64,000 bases of DNA. It comes from Octopus sinensis (taxonomy: Eukaryota). The stretch covers positions 63,488,001 through 63,552,000 of the forward strand of contig NC_043010.1 of the NCBI RefSeq assembly GCF_006345805.1. The letters are read 5' to 3'. Positions within the stretch are counted from its first letter, which is position 1, and each line of letters starts with the position of its first letter. The translations under genes were made by a program, and so were the position numbers. Positions 12,118 to 24,710 of this stretch are shown here, in pieces. The notes beneath the pieces were generated by a model. It made no database searches. It was not told where the DNA came from and saw only the letters and a program-made list of their open reading frames with translations.

Positions 12118-12383
12118 TTTTGTATTTTTATGTTCAAGTAAAAGGCAATGAGCTGACAGATTTGTCAGCATGGTGGACAAACATGCTTCACAGCATATTT
12201 TCTGGCTCTTTGAAGTTTTGAGGCTGACTTTGCCCTTCATCCTTCTAGGGTAGATAAAATAAGTACCAGTTGAGCAAAACTCCCTTCTCTTAAAATTGCT
12301 GGCTTTGCTAAAATTTGAAACAATTATATTCAAGTATAATGCTCCCCCCACCTTGGTGTTTTGTGTTAAATTTCTTACATTAA

Positions 12384-12594
12384 CCCTTTAGCATTTAAAC
12401 TGGCCCAAATATTTTACATGTTTTATGTTCAAAACCGGCCAGATCCAACCTCTTACACCTAACCTACAGTGTCATTCTAAAGATAAACAATCACATCATT
12501 GAAATTGTGAAGCTATGAGATGATGCATGATTAAGTGAAAACAATGTGAATAAATAAGCATAACATTTGACAGAATAAATTGAATGCCAAAGGG
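12384..12594. mobile_element. piggyBac-type MITE, family 2
   Basis: TTAA|CCCTTTAGCATTT...AATGCCAAAGGG; homologous to 7412-7629. Confidence 0.75.
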
Positions 12595-13304
12595 TGATAC
12601 TTGAATAAATATGTTGGCTAAGAGGTGGGACATGCAATGGCCATGACCTTTGTAGATAATCCCTGGATGCTGCAATTGATGTGGTTGGTCTCCAGCTTGA
12701 ACCTCTACAAGTCAATGGCTGCAGGAAAAGCATGGGTGGAGAGGAAACCAAGGGGGGCTGGTCAGCCTGAATGTGAACTCTGCTAAAGCCCCACCAGATC
12801 ATCTGGTGGTGTTGAAACCAAGGGACAAGTTTGAAGCCCTTACAAGCTAACAAAACACTCATCAATTTTACAGTAATCCCACTACTGCCTACAGAGAGAA
12901 AATTCCACCATCACATCATTGTCTGTCTACAGATAGGTAGAGAAGGCTATTTCCATGTTAAGTGCCTTGGCCATTAATCCAATAACACAACAATGACGAA
13001 GTAGTACAATAGCTGACCAGCAGACTGGTATTTTCTGCAGACTCCTATACACAGCACTACTATTCTCCATCTTACATCCATCAGTGTAGCTTTGTCTGCC
13101 ACTGGACTAAATGCGTTACTGTATTTATAGTCTAATGTCATTCATTATTTTGGTGTGGAAAAAGTAAGTTACCAGGGTCGATCCAGTTGGCTTATACTTC
13201 TTATAAATTTGTGTCCCTCAGCCAATGTATTACTGAAAGGGTGAATTAAAGAAGATGGGCAGGTGAACAGAATATAGTCAATAACAAAAAATTTTTTTTT
13301 AATA

Positions 13305-13632
13305 ATAAAAGGGGCTGATTGTTACCTTAACTCAGATACCAGGAAACTAGGAAAATGGCAGAAATTCAAAAGATAGTTGTCATGGGAACTGCTCATATCT
13401 TACACAAAATACTTTCTATGTAATCTCAAGTTTTAAAACAAACATAATTTTCTTATGGTTTCTTAGACATTCATTAGTACAACACTAAGTACAAAACCAA
13501 ATATATGGCACCATAGGCATAACACCAACACGATCTTCCAACTTGTTGTCTCTTGAGGTCTCTGGGTGAGACTTGGAGCCAACTTGTACAAATGTAAAGC
13601 AAAAGTCAAACATAGAATAATAATAATAATAA
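13305..13632 (+). mobile_element. R4/Dong-like (RLE) LINE 3' end with (AAT)n tail
   Basis: MAEIQKIVVMGTAHILHKILSM* is a typical RLE-element C-terminus; the UTR ends in aataataataat. Confidence 0.75.
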
Positions 13633-13707
13633 TCCTTTTTGATATAGGTACAAGGCCTGAAATTTGGGGGAGGTGAATAGTTGATTAGATTGTAATAATA
13701 ATATGCC

Positions 13708-13912
13708 TTGACTGGCTTCCGTGCCAGTGGCACATAAAAGGCACCCACTACACTCACGGAGTGGTTGGCGTTAGGAAGGGCATCCAGCTGTAGAAACACT
13801 GCCAGATCAGACTGGAGCCTGGTGCAGCCTCCTGGCTTCCCAGACCCCGGTCAAACTGTCCAACCCATGCTAGCATGGAAAACGGACGTTAAACAACGAT
13901 GATGATGATGAT
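13708..13912 (+). mobile_element. RTE 3' UTR, short copy
   Basis: One hairpin unit, the conserved terminus and (GAT)n. Confidence 0.9.
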
Positions 13913-13920
13913 GAACACTA

Positions 13921-14075
13921 ATGGACGTTACAATCCCTTCTGGTGAAAATATTGCCCGAAAAGAAGTGGAGAAGCTATCATAATACAAGGACCTTGAAAC
14001 TGAAATATTCAAGATGTGGGGTATGAGTGTGAAAACAATACCACTAGTATTTGGAGCATTAGGCAATATAAAAAA
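13921..14075 (+). mobile_element. R4/Dong-like restriction-like endonuclease fragment
   Basis: DVTIPSGENIARKEVEKLS*YKDLETEIFKMWGMSVKTIPLVFGALGNIKK, a PD-(D/E)xK RLE motif with an internal stop. Confidence 0.8.
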
Positions 14076-14433
14076 ATACATATATATATATATATATATA
14101 ATAGCCCACATCTTGCACAAGACAATCAATTCAGTAGAAGAGCTTAAATAGAACAATTTTTACACACAACACATATATCCTATACAGTATGCACCTGATA
14201 ACCTAAAACAACACAACTTGCGCAGCATAATGAAATTAAGGCCCAATGATGTAACACAACTTGCATTACACACATCGTACACAACAGAACATACAAAACA
14301 AACTGGTGCGGTACATGAACATCCTCACAAAAATAAAAACGCAGTGTTACATAAACTTTAGGAACATGGAGGTATACAGGGTGGCACGGCAGAAACTCAC
14401 ACAAAACTAATGTATTATAATAATAATGATAAT

Positions 14434-14905
14434 TTGGTATAAAAGATGGGCTACAGCAAATATTCTGCTCAATACCACAGATTTGCTTGTCAGTTGTTTG
14501 ACCATAACCAGTTGAGCATGTCCCTTAGTGGCTGACGATATGGGCATCTCTGATCATGAGCAGAAGTAGTGGGGGAGCATCATAGCCATGTGTTGAGAGG
14601 GATTCTTTGGGGTTTGAATAATTCACTCTTGGAAACATGGGTGGTTCTTTCAACATCCTTAAACAACCCTTATTCAGGGACCTTTTGAGCGGGATGGGCT
14701 ACTCAACCTGAAGAAAATTCTAACTGGGCCCCACCTGCAAGGTCATGTGCTGTTTATCTTGATATGAGATCACCATGTCGCGCACATATGGTTGTGATGC
14801 ATGTGCCTGGTGTACCCTTATCAGACGGGTAGTCATGATGGGTATATTGGGCTTTGTATATTTTACCCTTGTGTCACTTTGATGGCATGAACTGCTCTCT
14901 CACTC

Positions 14906-14937
<32 letters not shown>
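14434..14937 (+). mobile_element. Unclassified ~480-bp interspersed repeat (element G) ending in (AAT)n
   Basis: Second copy at 31890-32408; both end ctctctcactc(aat)n, like a retroelement 3' end. Confidence 0.7.
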
Positions 14938-14939
<2 letters not shown>

Positions 14940-14969
14940 GTTTCAAATTTTGGCAGAGGGGTTTGATTA

Positions 14970-15589
14970 CAGTAATCCCCTCCCCATATTGCGGTTTATT
15001 ATTTAAGCTTACGTCGATTCCTCCGTGGTGTTGTTTTGCTTTTATAATAAAACAAATATATACAAATTATAAAAATAATTTAAAAAAAAATTTACAGGCG
15101 CAGGAGTGGCTGTGTGGTAAGTAGCTTGCTAACCAACCACATGGTTCCGGGTTCAGTCCCACTGCGTGGCATCTTGGGCAAGTGTCTTCTGCTATAGCCC
15201 CGGGCCGACCAATGCCTTGTGAGTGGATTTGGTAGACGGAAACTGAAAGAAGCCCGTCGTATATATGTATATATATATGTATGTGTGTATGTGTTTGTGT
15301 GTCTGTGTTTGTCCCCCTAGCATTGCTTGACAACCGTTGCTGGTGTGTTTACGTCCCTGTCACTTAGCGGTTCGGCAAAAGAGACCGATAGAATAAGTAC
15401 TGGGCTTACAAAGAATAAGTCCTGGGGTCGATTTGCTCGACTAAAAGGCGGTGCTCCAGCATGGCCGCAGTCAAATGACTGAAACAAGTAAAAGAGTACA
15501 GTACTGTTTCTTCTTTGTGGATTTTTACCTATCGCAGGGGGTGGGGCGGGGGTTGGAACATAACACCCACAATAGTCGAGGGATTACTG
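14970..15589. mobile_element. Tigger/pogo-type MITE interrupted by SINE-A
   Basis: TA|CAGTAATCCC...GGGATTACTG|TA inverted ends. Confidence 0.7.
15096..15498 (+). mobile_element. SINE-A, full length
   Basis: ggcgcaggagtggctgtgtgg...gactgaaacaagtaaaagag; CpG-rich, young. Confidence 0.92.
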
Positions 15590-16346
15590 TATATCAACAT
15601 CAATACTTGACTGCTAGTTTATTTTATGGACCCTGAAAGGAAGAAAGGCAAAGTTGACCCCTGGCAGGATTTGAACTCAGAATGGAACTGTTGAAAGAAA
15701 TGCTGTTAAGCACATTGTCTGGTGTGCTAACGATTCTAACAGCTTGCCACTTTAATAATAATAATAATTAATTATTTTATTGGCCACAAGGGCTGACAAA
15801 AATCAATTATCACATAAAGGGACAAAACAGGACGAAAGGTTACAAAGGGTTTTGTCCGTTTGTGAAAAAAATCGAGTAAAAAAGCAATAATAATCCTTTC
15901 TAATTTTGGCACCAGGCATGAAATTCGGGGAAAGGGGTGTAAATAATTACATTGACTCCAGTGCTTAACTAGTATTTACAAAGGTGATATCAGCAGGATT
16001 TGAACTCGGAACAAAAAGGTAGATGAAGTGCTTCTAAGCATTTTGTCTGGTGTGCTAACGATTCTGCCAGCTTACCACCTTAATAATAATGGTTTCAAAT
16101 TATGGCACAAGGCCAGCAAATTCAGGGCAGCAGGTAAGTCAGTTACATTGACCCCAGTGCTCAGCTGGTACTTATTTTATTGACCCCCCCCCCCCCACAA
16201 AGGATGACCCCAGCAGAATTTGAACTTAGAATGTAAAAATAGATGAAATGTTGCTAAGTATCTTGTCCAGAATCCTTAAAGATGTTTTAGCCCGAAGGCC
16301 GCGGCCATGCTGGGGCTGCTAACAATTCTGCCAGTTTACCACCTTG

Positions 16347-16384
<38 letters not shown>

Positions 16385-16710
16385 CCTTTCTATTAGAGGG
16401 GGACTAGTCAATTATATCGACCCCAAAAGAATGAAAGGCAAAGTTGACCTTGGTGGAATTTGAACTCAGAACATAAAGGTAGACAAAATACCTATTTCTT
16501 TACTACCCACAAGGGGCCAAACACAGAGAGGACAGACAAACAGATTAAGTCGATTACATCGACCCCAGTGCGTAACTGGTACTTATTTAATTGACCCCGA
16601 AAGGATGAAAGGCAAAGTCGATCTTGGCGGAATTTGAACTCAGAACGTCAGGACAGATAAAATACCACTAAGCATTTTGCTTGGTGCGCTAAAAATTCTG
16701 CCAGCTCATT
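15590..16710 (-). mobile_element. Stack of about six head-to-tail SINE-C copies, several separated by (AAT)n
   Basis: Repeated gaaaggcaaag...gatttgaactcagaa...ctaagcatttt...ctgccagc blocks, all on the minus strand. Confidence 0.85.
15772..15885 (-). mobile_element. Tx1/L1-like LINE extreme 3' tip
   Basis: ttttattggccacaaggg matches the terminus of 31415-31870. Confidence 0.55.
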
Positions 16711-16994
16711 ATCATTTTTGCCAACATCACCAGTATTTTAACAGCAAGTGCGAGAGCCTCTGCATGGTTGCTTGACCTGCTTTAAATAGTTGCTAAATCA
16801 CCCTGAAAATCACATACTACAACCTTAAAAATGTAAGGAGCCGTAGAATAATGTAGTTCAGGGTACTCTATTTCTAGTAAAAAAGGGAAAAAGATGGTCA
16901 TATTTGAAAAACCTGTGATCATAGGTCTAGCAAGTGAGAGGTGAGCAGGGGCTAAACAACAGCAGAACCCAAATAATCCTGAGAAGATCTGTGT

Positions 16995-17489
16995 GAGATT
17001 CTAATCGAAATTGAAATCAGATTCGATGACTGGCATCCGTGCTAGTGGAGCGCTAAGAGTACCATACGAGTGAGATCGTTGCCAGAGCAAGAAGCTGGCC
17101 TCTGTGCCGATGGCACGTTAAAAAAACCATTCGAGCATGATCTTTACCTGTGTTGCCTTACTAGCACTTGTGCTGGTGGCATGTGAAAAAACATTCAAGC
17201 GAGGTCGTTGCCAGTGCCGCTGGACTGGCTTCTGTGCAGGTGGCACATAAAAAGCACCATTTGAGTGTGGCCGTTGCCAGTACCGCCTGACTGGCCCTCG
17301 TGCCGGTGGCACGTAAAAGCACCCACTACACTCTTGGGGTGGTTGGTGTTAGGAAGGGCACCCAGCTGTAGAAACTCTGCCAGATCAGATTGGAGCCTGG
17401 TGCAGCCATCTGGTTTGCCAGACCTCAGTCAAATCGTCCAACCCATGCTAGCATGGAAAGCGGACGTTAAAAGATGATGATGATGATGA
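16995..17489 (+). mobile_element. RTE 3' UTR, 5-unit subfamily
   Basis: Five ~65-bp units; homologous to 35200-35718. Confidence 0.88.
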
Positions 17490-17932
17490 TACCTTTCTAG
17501 TGACCAACTCTGCACTACACACTAAGTCCACACTAAACTGTCTCCAGTTGTGTTATACAACATTTTCAGTCAATAACTAGTGGCAGATGGAGGTACATTC
17601 TTTATGTGGAATATTGTGATAGAGATGGTGTGTGCTACATAATGATGAGCTCTAGTGAAGTACATAGAAATAGGTGCTGCCAAATGGTACAGAGTGGTAT
17701 GTATGGTTTATGACGGTATGTGCAGTATATGGTGGTATATATGATATATGGTATATTCATTCTTAGGTGGTAAAATTAATCCATCATCTAGTTTAGCATA
17801 ACTAACTGGTCCCTGAGACCCTTTAGCAGGGTCTACTGTTGCAAGCATGGAGGCCAAATTTCTGAATCACAAATGCCGCCTTTTCCCCTTCTGAATGAGT
17901 TATTCATAATAATAAAAAAATACATGATACAT

Positions 17933-18320
17933 CATCATCATCGTTTAACGTCCATTCTCCATGCTAGCATGGGTTGGACGGTTCGACCGGGGATCTGGGA
18001 AGCCAGAAGGCTGCACCAGGCTCCAGTCTTATCTGGCAATGTTTCTACAGCTGGATGCCCTTCCTAATGCCAACCACTCCGTGAGTGTAGTGGGTGCTTT
18101 TTACGTGCCACCTGCACAGGTGCCAGGCGAGGCTGGCAACGCCCACGGTCGGATTGGTGTATTTTATGTGCCACCGGCACGGAAGCCAGTCGAGGCGGCG
18201 CTGGCATCGGCCACGAGTCGGATAGTGCTTTTTACGTACCACCAGACCAGGGATCCTGGCTGGTTCAATTCGATTTTGATTTCGCTTGCCCCAACATGTC
18301 TTCGCAAGGAAACATGAAGG
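17933..18320 (-). mobile_element. RTE 3' UTR
   Basis: (CAT)n, then gtttaacgtcc...ggtgctttttacgtgccacc units. Confidence 0.9.
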
Positions 18321-18584
18321 TATGAAATGGTATATGGCACATCACATACACCAGTCAACTGGAGTGAACCCAAAATAACATAGTTGCAAATCAAATTTCT
18401 TAACCACACAGCCATGCCTAGCCATTCAAAGTTTGCTGAGTGTTGCATCTAAGCTTTCATGGAGTCACTAAACCAGCCAAATCTTCAAATACTACCTCAG
18501 GCATACGTTTGTCATGTGCCCTGGGATTCATACAGCCAGAGCATAACCTGGTTTCTACGACATGTAAGTCACTGAGATTACAAG

Positions 18585-18792
18585 CCCTTCACATTGAATG
18601 AGGTGCATATCTGTTTCAGGGTTAACCTCCCAGTTATTGTTGCAACTGATTTATAGTTGAATGGACTGGAACAACATGGAAAGAAGTGTTTTGCTCCAGA
18701 ACACAACACACTGGGTTGGGCTGGGCCAGGAACCCAAACCATGATTATATGATTGTGATTGCAATACTCTGATCGCCAGGCCATGTGCCTTC
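18585..18792 (-). mobile_element. SINE-H (tRNA-derived), decayed
   Basis: Minus-strand head gtgaaggcacatggcc...ggttcctggcccagcc; core shared with 5600-5645. Confidence 0.5.
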
Positions 18793-19286
18793 ACCTTACT
18801 GTGTTAAGAATCGATAAAGTAATCCTGAATAGAAGACATCAGAAATGGAGATGTCCCTGTCTGGAATCTTGGTCAATTGATGCAGATATATCCAAGAGAT
18901 AATTCTTCCATGTGTGGATGCCAAAATGTATGAAACAAATACCAATAATTGCAGAAGAACAGCTACTGTTGTGCTCTGATATCACCTTTGCCTGCTTCTA
19001 CTGCAGTCACCATCAGAATCTTCAGACAGAATGGAGAGTGGAGAGAGTACAACAGATCCATATTGTTACATGAGGAAATGAGGTCTTGTGAAGTACATAG
19101 AAATAGGTGTTGCCTGAATGCACATCAGAATATACAGTGTTGTCCTCTGCAAAGTAGAATCATGATATAGCAGGGAAGATGGACGTGGGTTGCACCTTGT
19201 TTTTTGACCAACTACCTGCATGCCATAGTTTTGCTTCATCAGAGCTGATCAAGAGCAGCTATGAAAAAGATCAGGAGCAAGCATCA

Positions 19287-20167
19287 GGAGGTGGTATCAA
19301 AAAGTTCTTGAATTATATTTAATAAAAAAAAACCCTATTTACCTAAGTTTTAACATTATCTCCTTCGAAATAGTCACCTTGCAAAACAATACATCAGTCC
19401 CAGCGTTCCTGCCACTTTTGGAACCCAGCCTGGAAGTAATTTTCTGTAAGCGAGTTGAGGACCTTCTGCGATTCACTCTTGATATGGACAACAGTGTAAA
19501 TATGGTGACCTTTGACCCGCATTTTCACCTTGGGGAAGAGATGTAAGTCCACAGGTGCTAAACTTGGCAAATAGGGTGAGAGCAAAAGTGGTACCATGTT
19601 TTTGGTGAGAAACTCATGAGTGAGGAGAGTTCAGTGACAGGATGCATGGTTGTCATGAAGAATCCAGATGTTAAGATTGCCTGCATGGACCCATGTGACA
19701 GATGACCAACAACATCAGAAATGTTGTCGACTGTCCTCTGATGGTCTTCATGCACAAGCTGATGAAATTTCTCCACATTTCCGGAGATGACACTCGTGAC
19801 AGGTCTTCCAGAGACGTTCTTCTGCTTAGAAGCGTCTGTGCCGTTTGAAACATTGGGTACGACACATAGCCTCGTTGCTGTAAGCTTACCGAAGCCTGCT
19901 CAATGCCTCTGTAGCAGACTTCCCAAGTTTAATGCAAAATTTCACGTTGGCTCTTTGTTCCAACTTCCTGTCCATGACAAAAATCACAGACTACAGCATA
20001 CACGTAATCACAAAAACACAAATTTCACAACTTGTGAAGTAAACAGAGTGAAGTCACTCAGCACACTGCTCCATGGTCACTGCTAACTCTTAATGCGCAT
20101 GCAACTGTGTGCTGCCATTTGTTGGCGTGTTACAGAACTAGTCCAAGAACTTTTTGATACCACCTCC
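19287..20167 (-). mobile_element. Internally deleted mariner (DD34D-type) element
   Basis: TIRs GGAGGTGGTATCAAAAAGTTCTTG / CAAGAACTTTTTGATACCACCTCC|TA; SPYLPSLAPVDLHLFPKVK...FQKWQERWD corresponds to the mariner YSPDLAP region. Confidence 0.9.
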
Positions 20168-20239
20168 TATACAAGAACAACAGCACCTGCATGACTGAGT
20201 GCAGCATGCACTCGCTGATAGTTGCAGTTTAGATGCATT

Positions 20240-20450
20240 CAGTTATTGACACTGCAGTTCACAGTGCACATACGTTAGATCATACATCATACTTATGTTA
20301 TATTCCAGATATTCCTTACATACTCCTCCACACATCTCATTACCATAGAGTGTGACACTCCTTACACATGAATCGTATCTACCTTTTATCCGGAGGAAGA
20401 AGGCCACTGTTTCCAGCAAATAAAAGTCTTTGGTAACTGAGTCCACCCCA
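20240..20450 (-). mobile_element. RTE ORF fragment
   Basis: LRIKGRYDSCVRSVTLYGNE resembles the RTE motif seen at 8439. Confidence 0.6.
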
Positions 20451-21037
20451 ATTTAATTACATTCCTGAGTCAATGAGAGAGCTTCTTTGCCAGGGGTTCT
20501 CAAATGGTGTGCTGCAGATATTGGTGTACCACAAGGGGTATATAGATGCCCTGAGAATTTTCAAAATATAATTTAATATTTTAGAAATAGGTGTTGCCTG
20601 ATGAAATTGCATGAGCTTTAGTTAGTGTTACCTGCAGTAATTTCCCTGCTAGCAAATCAGGTGGTAGCTCTGCATGCTAAAAGACATGCTGAATGAAAAA
20701 AAAATCTCTTGTCAGCAAACAAAGATTAGTGCCAGGCAGAACATCTGGTTGTAAAACAATGCTTCAACAATATGTATTCACCTAAGCCATGCTAGCAGGG
20801 AAATGTGGTCATAAAAACAAACAAGCTGTGTATAAGCAAAACCTAAACATTAAAGAACAAACTGCTTCTTGATTATTAACATCAAGTTACACCAAAAATG
20901 CAATCTGAACCTCCAGAACAGTAATATCATTAACATTTATCGTCCCTCTTCCATGCTGGCAGGGGTTGTATGGTTTGACAAGACCCAGCAAACTGGGATA
21001 CTGTGCCCTGCACCAATATATGCCTTAGCATATAATC

Positions 21038-21262
21038 GGTGGCGAGCTGGCAGACACGTTAGCACGCCGGGCGAAATGCTTAGCAGTATTTCGTCTATCG
21101 TTACGTTCTGAGTTCAAATTCCATCGAGGTCGACTTTGCCTTTCATTCTTTCGGGGTCGATAAATAAAGTACCAGTTTCGCACTGGGGTCGATGTAATCG
21201 ACTTAATCCCTGTCCTTGTTTGTCCCCTCTATGTTTAGCCCCTTGTGGGCAATAAAGAAATA
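21038..21262 (+). mobile_element. SINE-C, full length
   Basis: ggtggcgagctggcagac (A box)...gagttcaaattcc (B box)...gccccttgtgggcaataaagaaata. Confidence 0.92.
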
Positions 21263-21814
21263 TGCCTTAGCATGTTTTTTTACAATTGGATGCCCTTCCT
21301 AACATCAACCACACCACCAGGGTGTGCTAAGTACTTGCTTTGCAGCACCAGCAGTAATGACATCTGCGGTGTTACTTGCACTCTTGTAAAGGCAGAGGTG
21401 GTTTCATGCTGGGTGTTGAGAGATCAAAGTATCAAAGAAAGGACTAAATTAGTTGCTGTAGTTGGTTATCTTGGGAGTTGTCAGGGTGGAGCTTGTAAAA
21501 AAGATAAAAATGATGGTGATGAGGTGTCAGAGTGCAATCAAAGCAATCAAATTGGAAGCACTGTTTCAGGAGAAATGAGAACCTTAATGCAACACATCGT
21601 AACACATCACAACACAATATAACAGGTGCCAACAGAGGAGACCATACAACACTGCACTAGGAAATACTACATATCACCATGCTACATTACCCTACAGTAC
21701 TTCACAATACACTACACCAAATGAAGGAGTCTCTATGTGCTCACTTAAATGGCTAAAAATTGCAGCCAGATTCCTTCAAATCATACCTGTCATTTTATGT
21801 TGCCAGAGCGGTTA

Positions 21815-22140
21815 TCTGGCCTCCATGCCGGTGGCACGTAAAAGACACCATTCGAGCGTGATCGTTACCAGCATCGCCTTTCTGGCACCTGAGCCGGTGG
21901 CATGTGTAAAAGATTTGAGCGAGGTCGTTGCCAGTACCGCCTGACTGGCCCCCGTGCCGGTGGCACATAAAAGCACCCACTACACTCTCAGAGTGGTTGG
22001 TGTTAGGAAGGGCATCCAGCTGTAGAAACTCTGCCAGATCAAGATTGGAGCCTGGTGCAGCCATCTGGTTCGCCAGCCCTCAGTCAAAATCGTCCAACCC
22101 ATGCTAGCATGGAAAGTGAACATTAAACGATGATGATGAG
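21815..22140 (+). mobile_element. RTE 3' UTR
   Basis: Three hairpin units, the conserved terminus and (GAT)n. Confidence 0.88.
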
Positions 22141-22174
22141 GAGGACAGAGTGGTCAATGAAATTCTTGATATAT

Positions 22175-22495
22175 AATTTTTTATTTATGCACCCTTTTCA
22201 AGCCTAGCCAGACTCTTGAGCCAGGTTTCCCAGTTTCTGTGGCGTATGTGTTCTCCCCAGCTGGACGGGACACCAGTCCATTGCAGTGTTACTCAAGAAA
22301 CAGGAAGAAAAAGTGAGAGAAAGTTGGGGGTGAAAGAATACAACAGGGGTTGCCACCACCTCCTGCCGGAGCCTCATGGAGCTTTAGGTGTTTTCGCTCA
22401 ATAAACATACACAACGCCTGGTCTGGGAATCGAAACCGCGATCCTCACACCACAAGTCCGCTGCCCTAACCACTGGGCCATTGCACCTCCACCTT
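22175..22495 (-). mobile_element. SINE-D, tail type 1
   Basis: Reverse complement of 40855-41160; another copy at 23818-24132. Confidence 0.88.
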
Positions 22496-22798
22496 GATAT
22501 ATAATACAAAAGAAAAAAAAAAGATCACAACTGGAACAACTTTTGATCATAGGTAGCTCAATAAGGTATGACCTGGGGTTAATAACAATAACAACACCAC
22601 AGCTAAGGTCACTACAGTACAACACAACCTCGGTCACCTGAACACACTACAGTACATCACACCAAACCAAGTTTATAACAGTAACACTTTGGCTGTTAAG
22701 CAATATAAACTGATGCCGAAAGACTTAAGCTCAACATTAAGGAAGGCTGTTGACAGCAGTCAGTCTCCAGGTCATTGTGACCACAGCAGTATCTCGGC

Positions 22799-23050
22799 CA
22801 GTGGATCTCAACCTCTTCTCTATCTATGGACCCCTTTGATTACTATTTTACTCAGGTGGCCCCTTACAGCCATTCAACATTAAAAAAAATCCCATTATAT
22901 TTTTAGAATTAAATATTATTAGGAATTGGATCAGAAAGTTGTTATGATATCTTGTGCATTGCAGAAGTATAAACAAATCATTGCACATAAAGTTTAACAA
23001 AAAAAAACCAAAAACTTTTAAGGACACCCGCAAGGGTCATAGACAGTAGC
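22799..23050. mobile_element. Possible hAT-type MITE remnant
   Basis: Starts CAGTGGATCTCAACC...ATGGACCCC, like hAT/Charlie termini; the other end is unclear. Confidence 0.35.
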
Positions 23051-23817
23051 CAGCATCTAAGTGAGAATGACCATAGTAATCAGTGTTGAGGCATAATCAC
23101 AATAGAAGTTATCTGGGCCATAATGACCACAGTCAGGGTTTGAGGGAAAGTTGACAGATGACCAGTGATGTTGATGAGGTTATATTGTGAGCAACATGGT
23201 TTTGGAATAAGTACACTATGTACCTACATTTTGTAAGAGGTAACCAAACGACTTGGTGAGAGGAAGGGTATCTACCTTAGAAGACCTGTCCAACCCATGC
23301 TAATATGGAAAGTACACTAAAAATGATGATGGAGATGATGATGATGAGGAGGAGGAGAACAACTTCTTAAACATTGAGCAATAAATTGTGCATTAATGTA
23401 GCTGTTTTTTGTCTTCGTCTTTCATTCAGGAGAAAAGTCAGTGACCATCCCCTCCCAGGGATTCTGAGATTTGTAAGAGACAGGCAGGGAGGGAGGGATA
23501 TAAACTCATCAACTAAAGACCTGGCCTTGAATGTTTGCAATAAAGTTAACTTCTGGGCTTACTGGAACCCAAAGACAAAGGAGAAGTGTTAAAGTGGATG
23601 GCAGCGTAAGCCTACCACCCAAAGGTAGGAATTGAACTCAGAGCACAAAGAGCCAGAATGAAAATTGCAAAGCATTTCAATGGATGCTCTAATGTTTCTG
23701 TCAAATGTACAGTGTCATAGTGCCATAATGTGTTGTGTGGTGGTCTATGGTGTGCTTATGTCAGTGTATTGTGGTGGTGGTGGTAATACAGAGGCGTATG
23801 CTGTAGCTGTGTATAGA

Positions 23818-24132
23818 GTAATTTCTATCTATTTATGCGCCCTTTTCAAGCCTAGCAGGCTCATGGGCCCGGTTTCTATGGCGTATGTGTTCCCCCCAGC
23901 TGGACGGGACGCCAGTCCATCGCAGCGTTACTCAAGAAACGGGAAGAAAGTGTGAGAGAAAGTTGGAGCGAAAGAGTTATAAAAGGGGTTGCCACCACCC
24001 CTGCAGGAGCCTCATGGAGCTTTAGGTGTTTTCGCTCAATAAACACACACACAACATCCAGTCTAGAATTGAAACCGTGATCCTTCTACCGCGAGTCCGC
24101 TGCCATAACCACTGGGCCATTGCGCCTCCACG
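23818..24132 (-). mobile_element. SINE-D, tail type 1
   Basis: Homologous to 22175-22495 and 40855-41160. Confidence 0.88.
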
Positions 24133-24239
24133 TATGGAGTCATAATATCATAATATGGTGAAGTAATTGGAGTGATAAGTTAGTGTGATAATGTGGTAGT
24201 AACATCACAGCGTATTATGATGGTAGAATATATGGCAAA

Positions 24240-24710
24240 CCATAGTGTGGTGGTAGAGTATATGCTGTACTACAGTGTGATGGTATAGTATATGGTGCAC
24301 CACAATGTGGTAGCAGAGTATGGTATACCATAGTGTGATGATATAGTGTATGGTATAACATAGTGTGGACGTAAGGTGTATAGTGTACCAATGTGGTGGT
24401 ATAGTGTATGGCATATCACAATGTGATGGCATAGTTAATGGCATATCAGTGTGATGGTATAGTGCATGGTGTACCACAGTATGGTGGTATAGTATATGAC
24501 GTACAAGTGTGGTGGTATAGTGTATGGCATACCAGTGTGTTGGTAGTGAATGGTGTACCACAGTACGGTGCTAAAGTGTATGGCATACGTGGTGGTATAG
24601 TGTATGGCAAACCAGTGTAGAGGTATAGTGTATCACAGTGTAATGCTATAGTGTATGATGTACTATAGAGTAATAGTATGGTGTACCACAGTATGGCAGT
24701 ATAGTGAATT
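24240..24710. repeat. Degenerate ~30-bp minisatellite
   Basis: About 17 units related to CCACAGTGTGGTGGTATAGTGTATGGTGTA, most 26-30 bp long. Confidence 0.8.

Noticed and set aside
13020-13110. YTDGCK RNase H-like motif on the minus strand
   Set aside because: Only one short motif; downstream RNase H residues are not recognisable.
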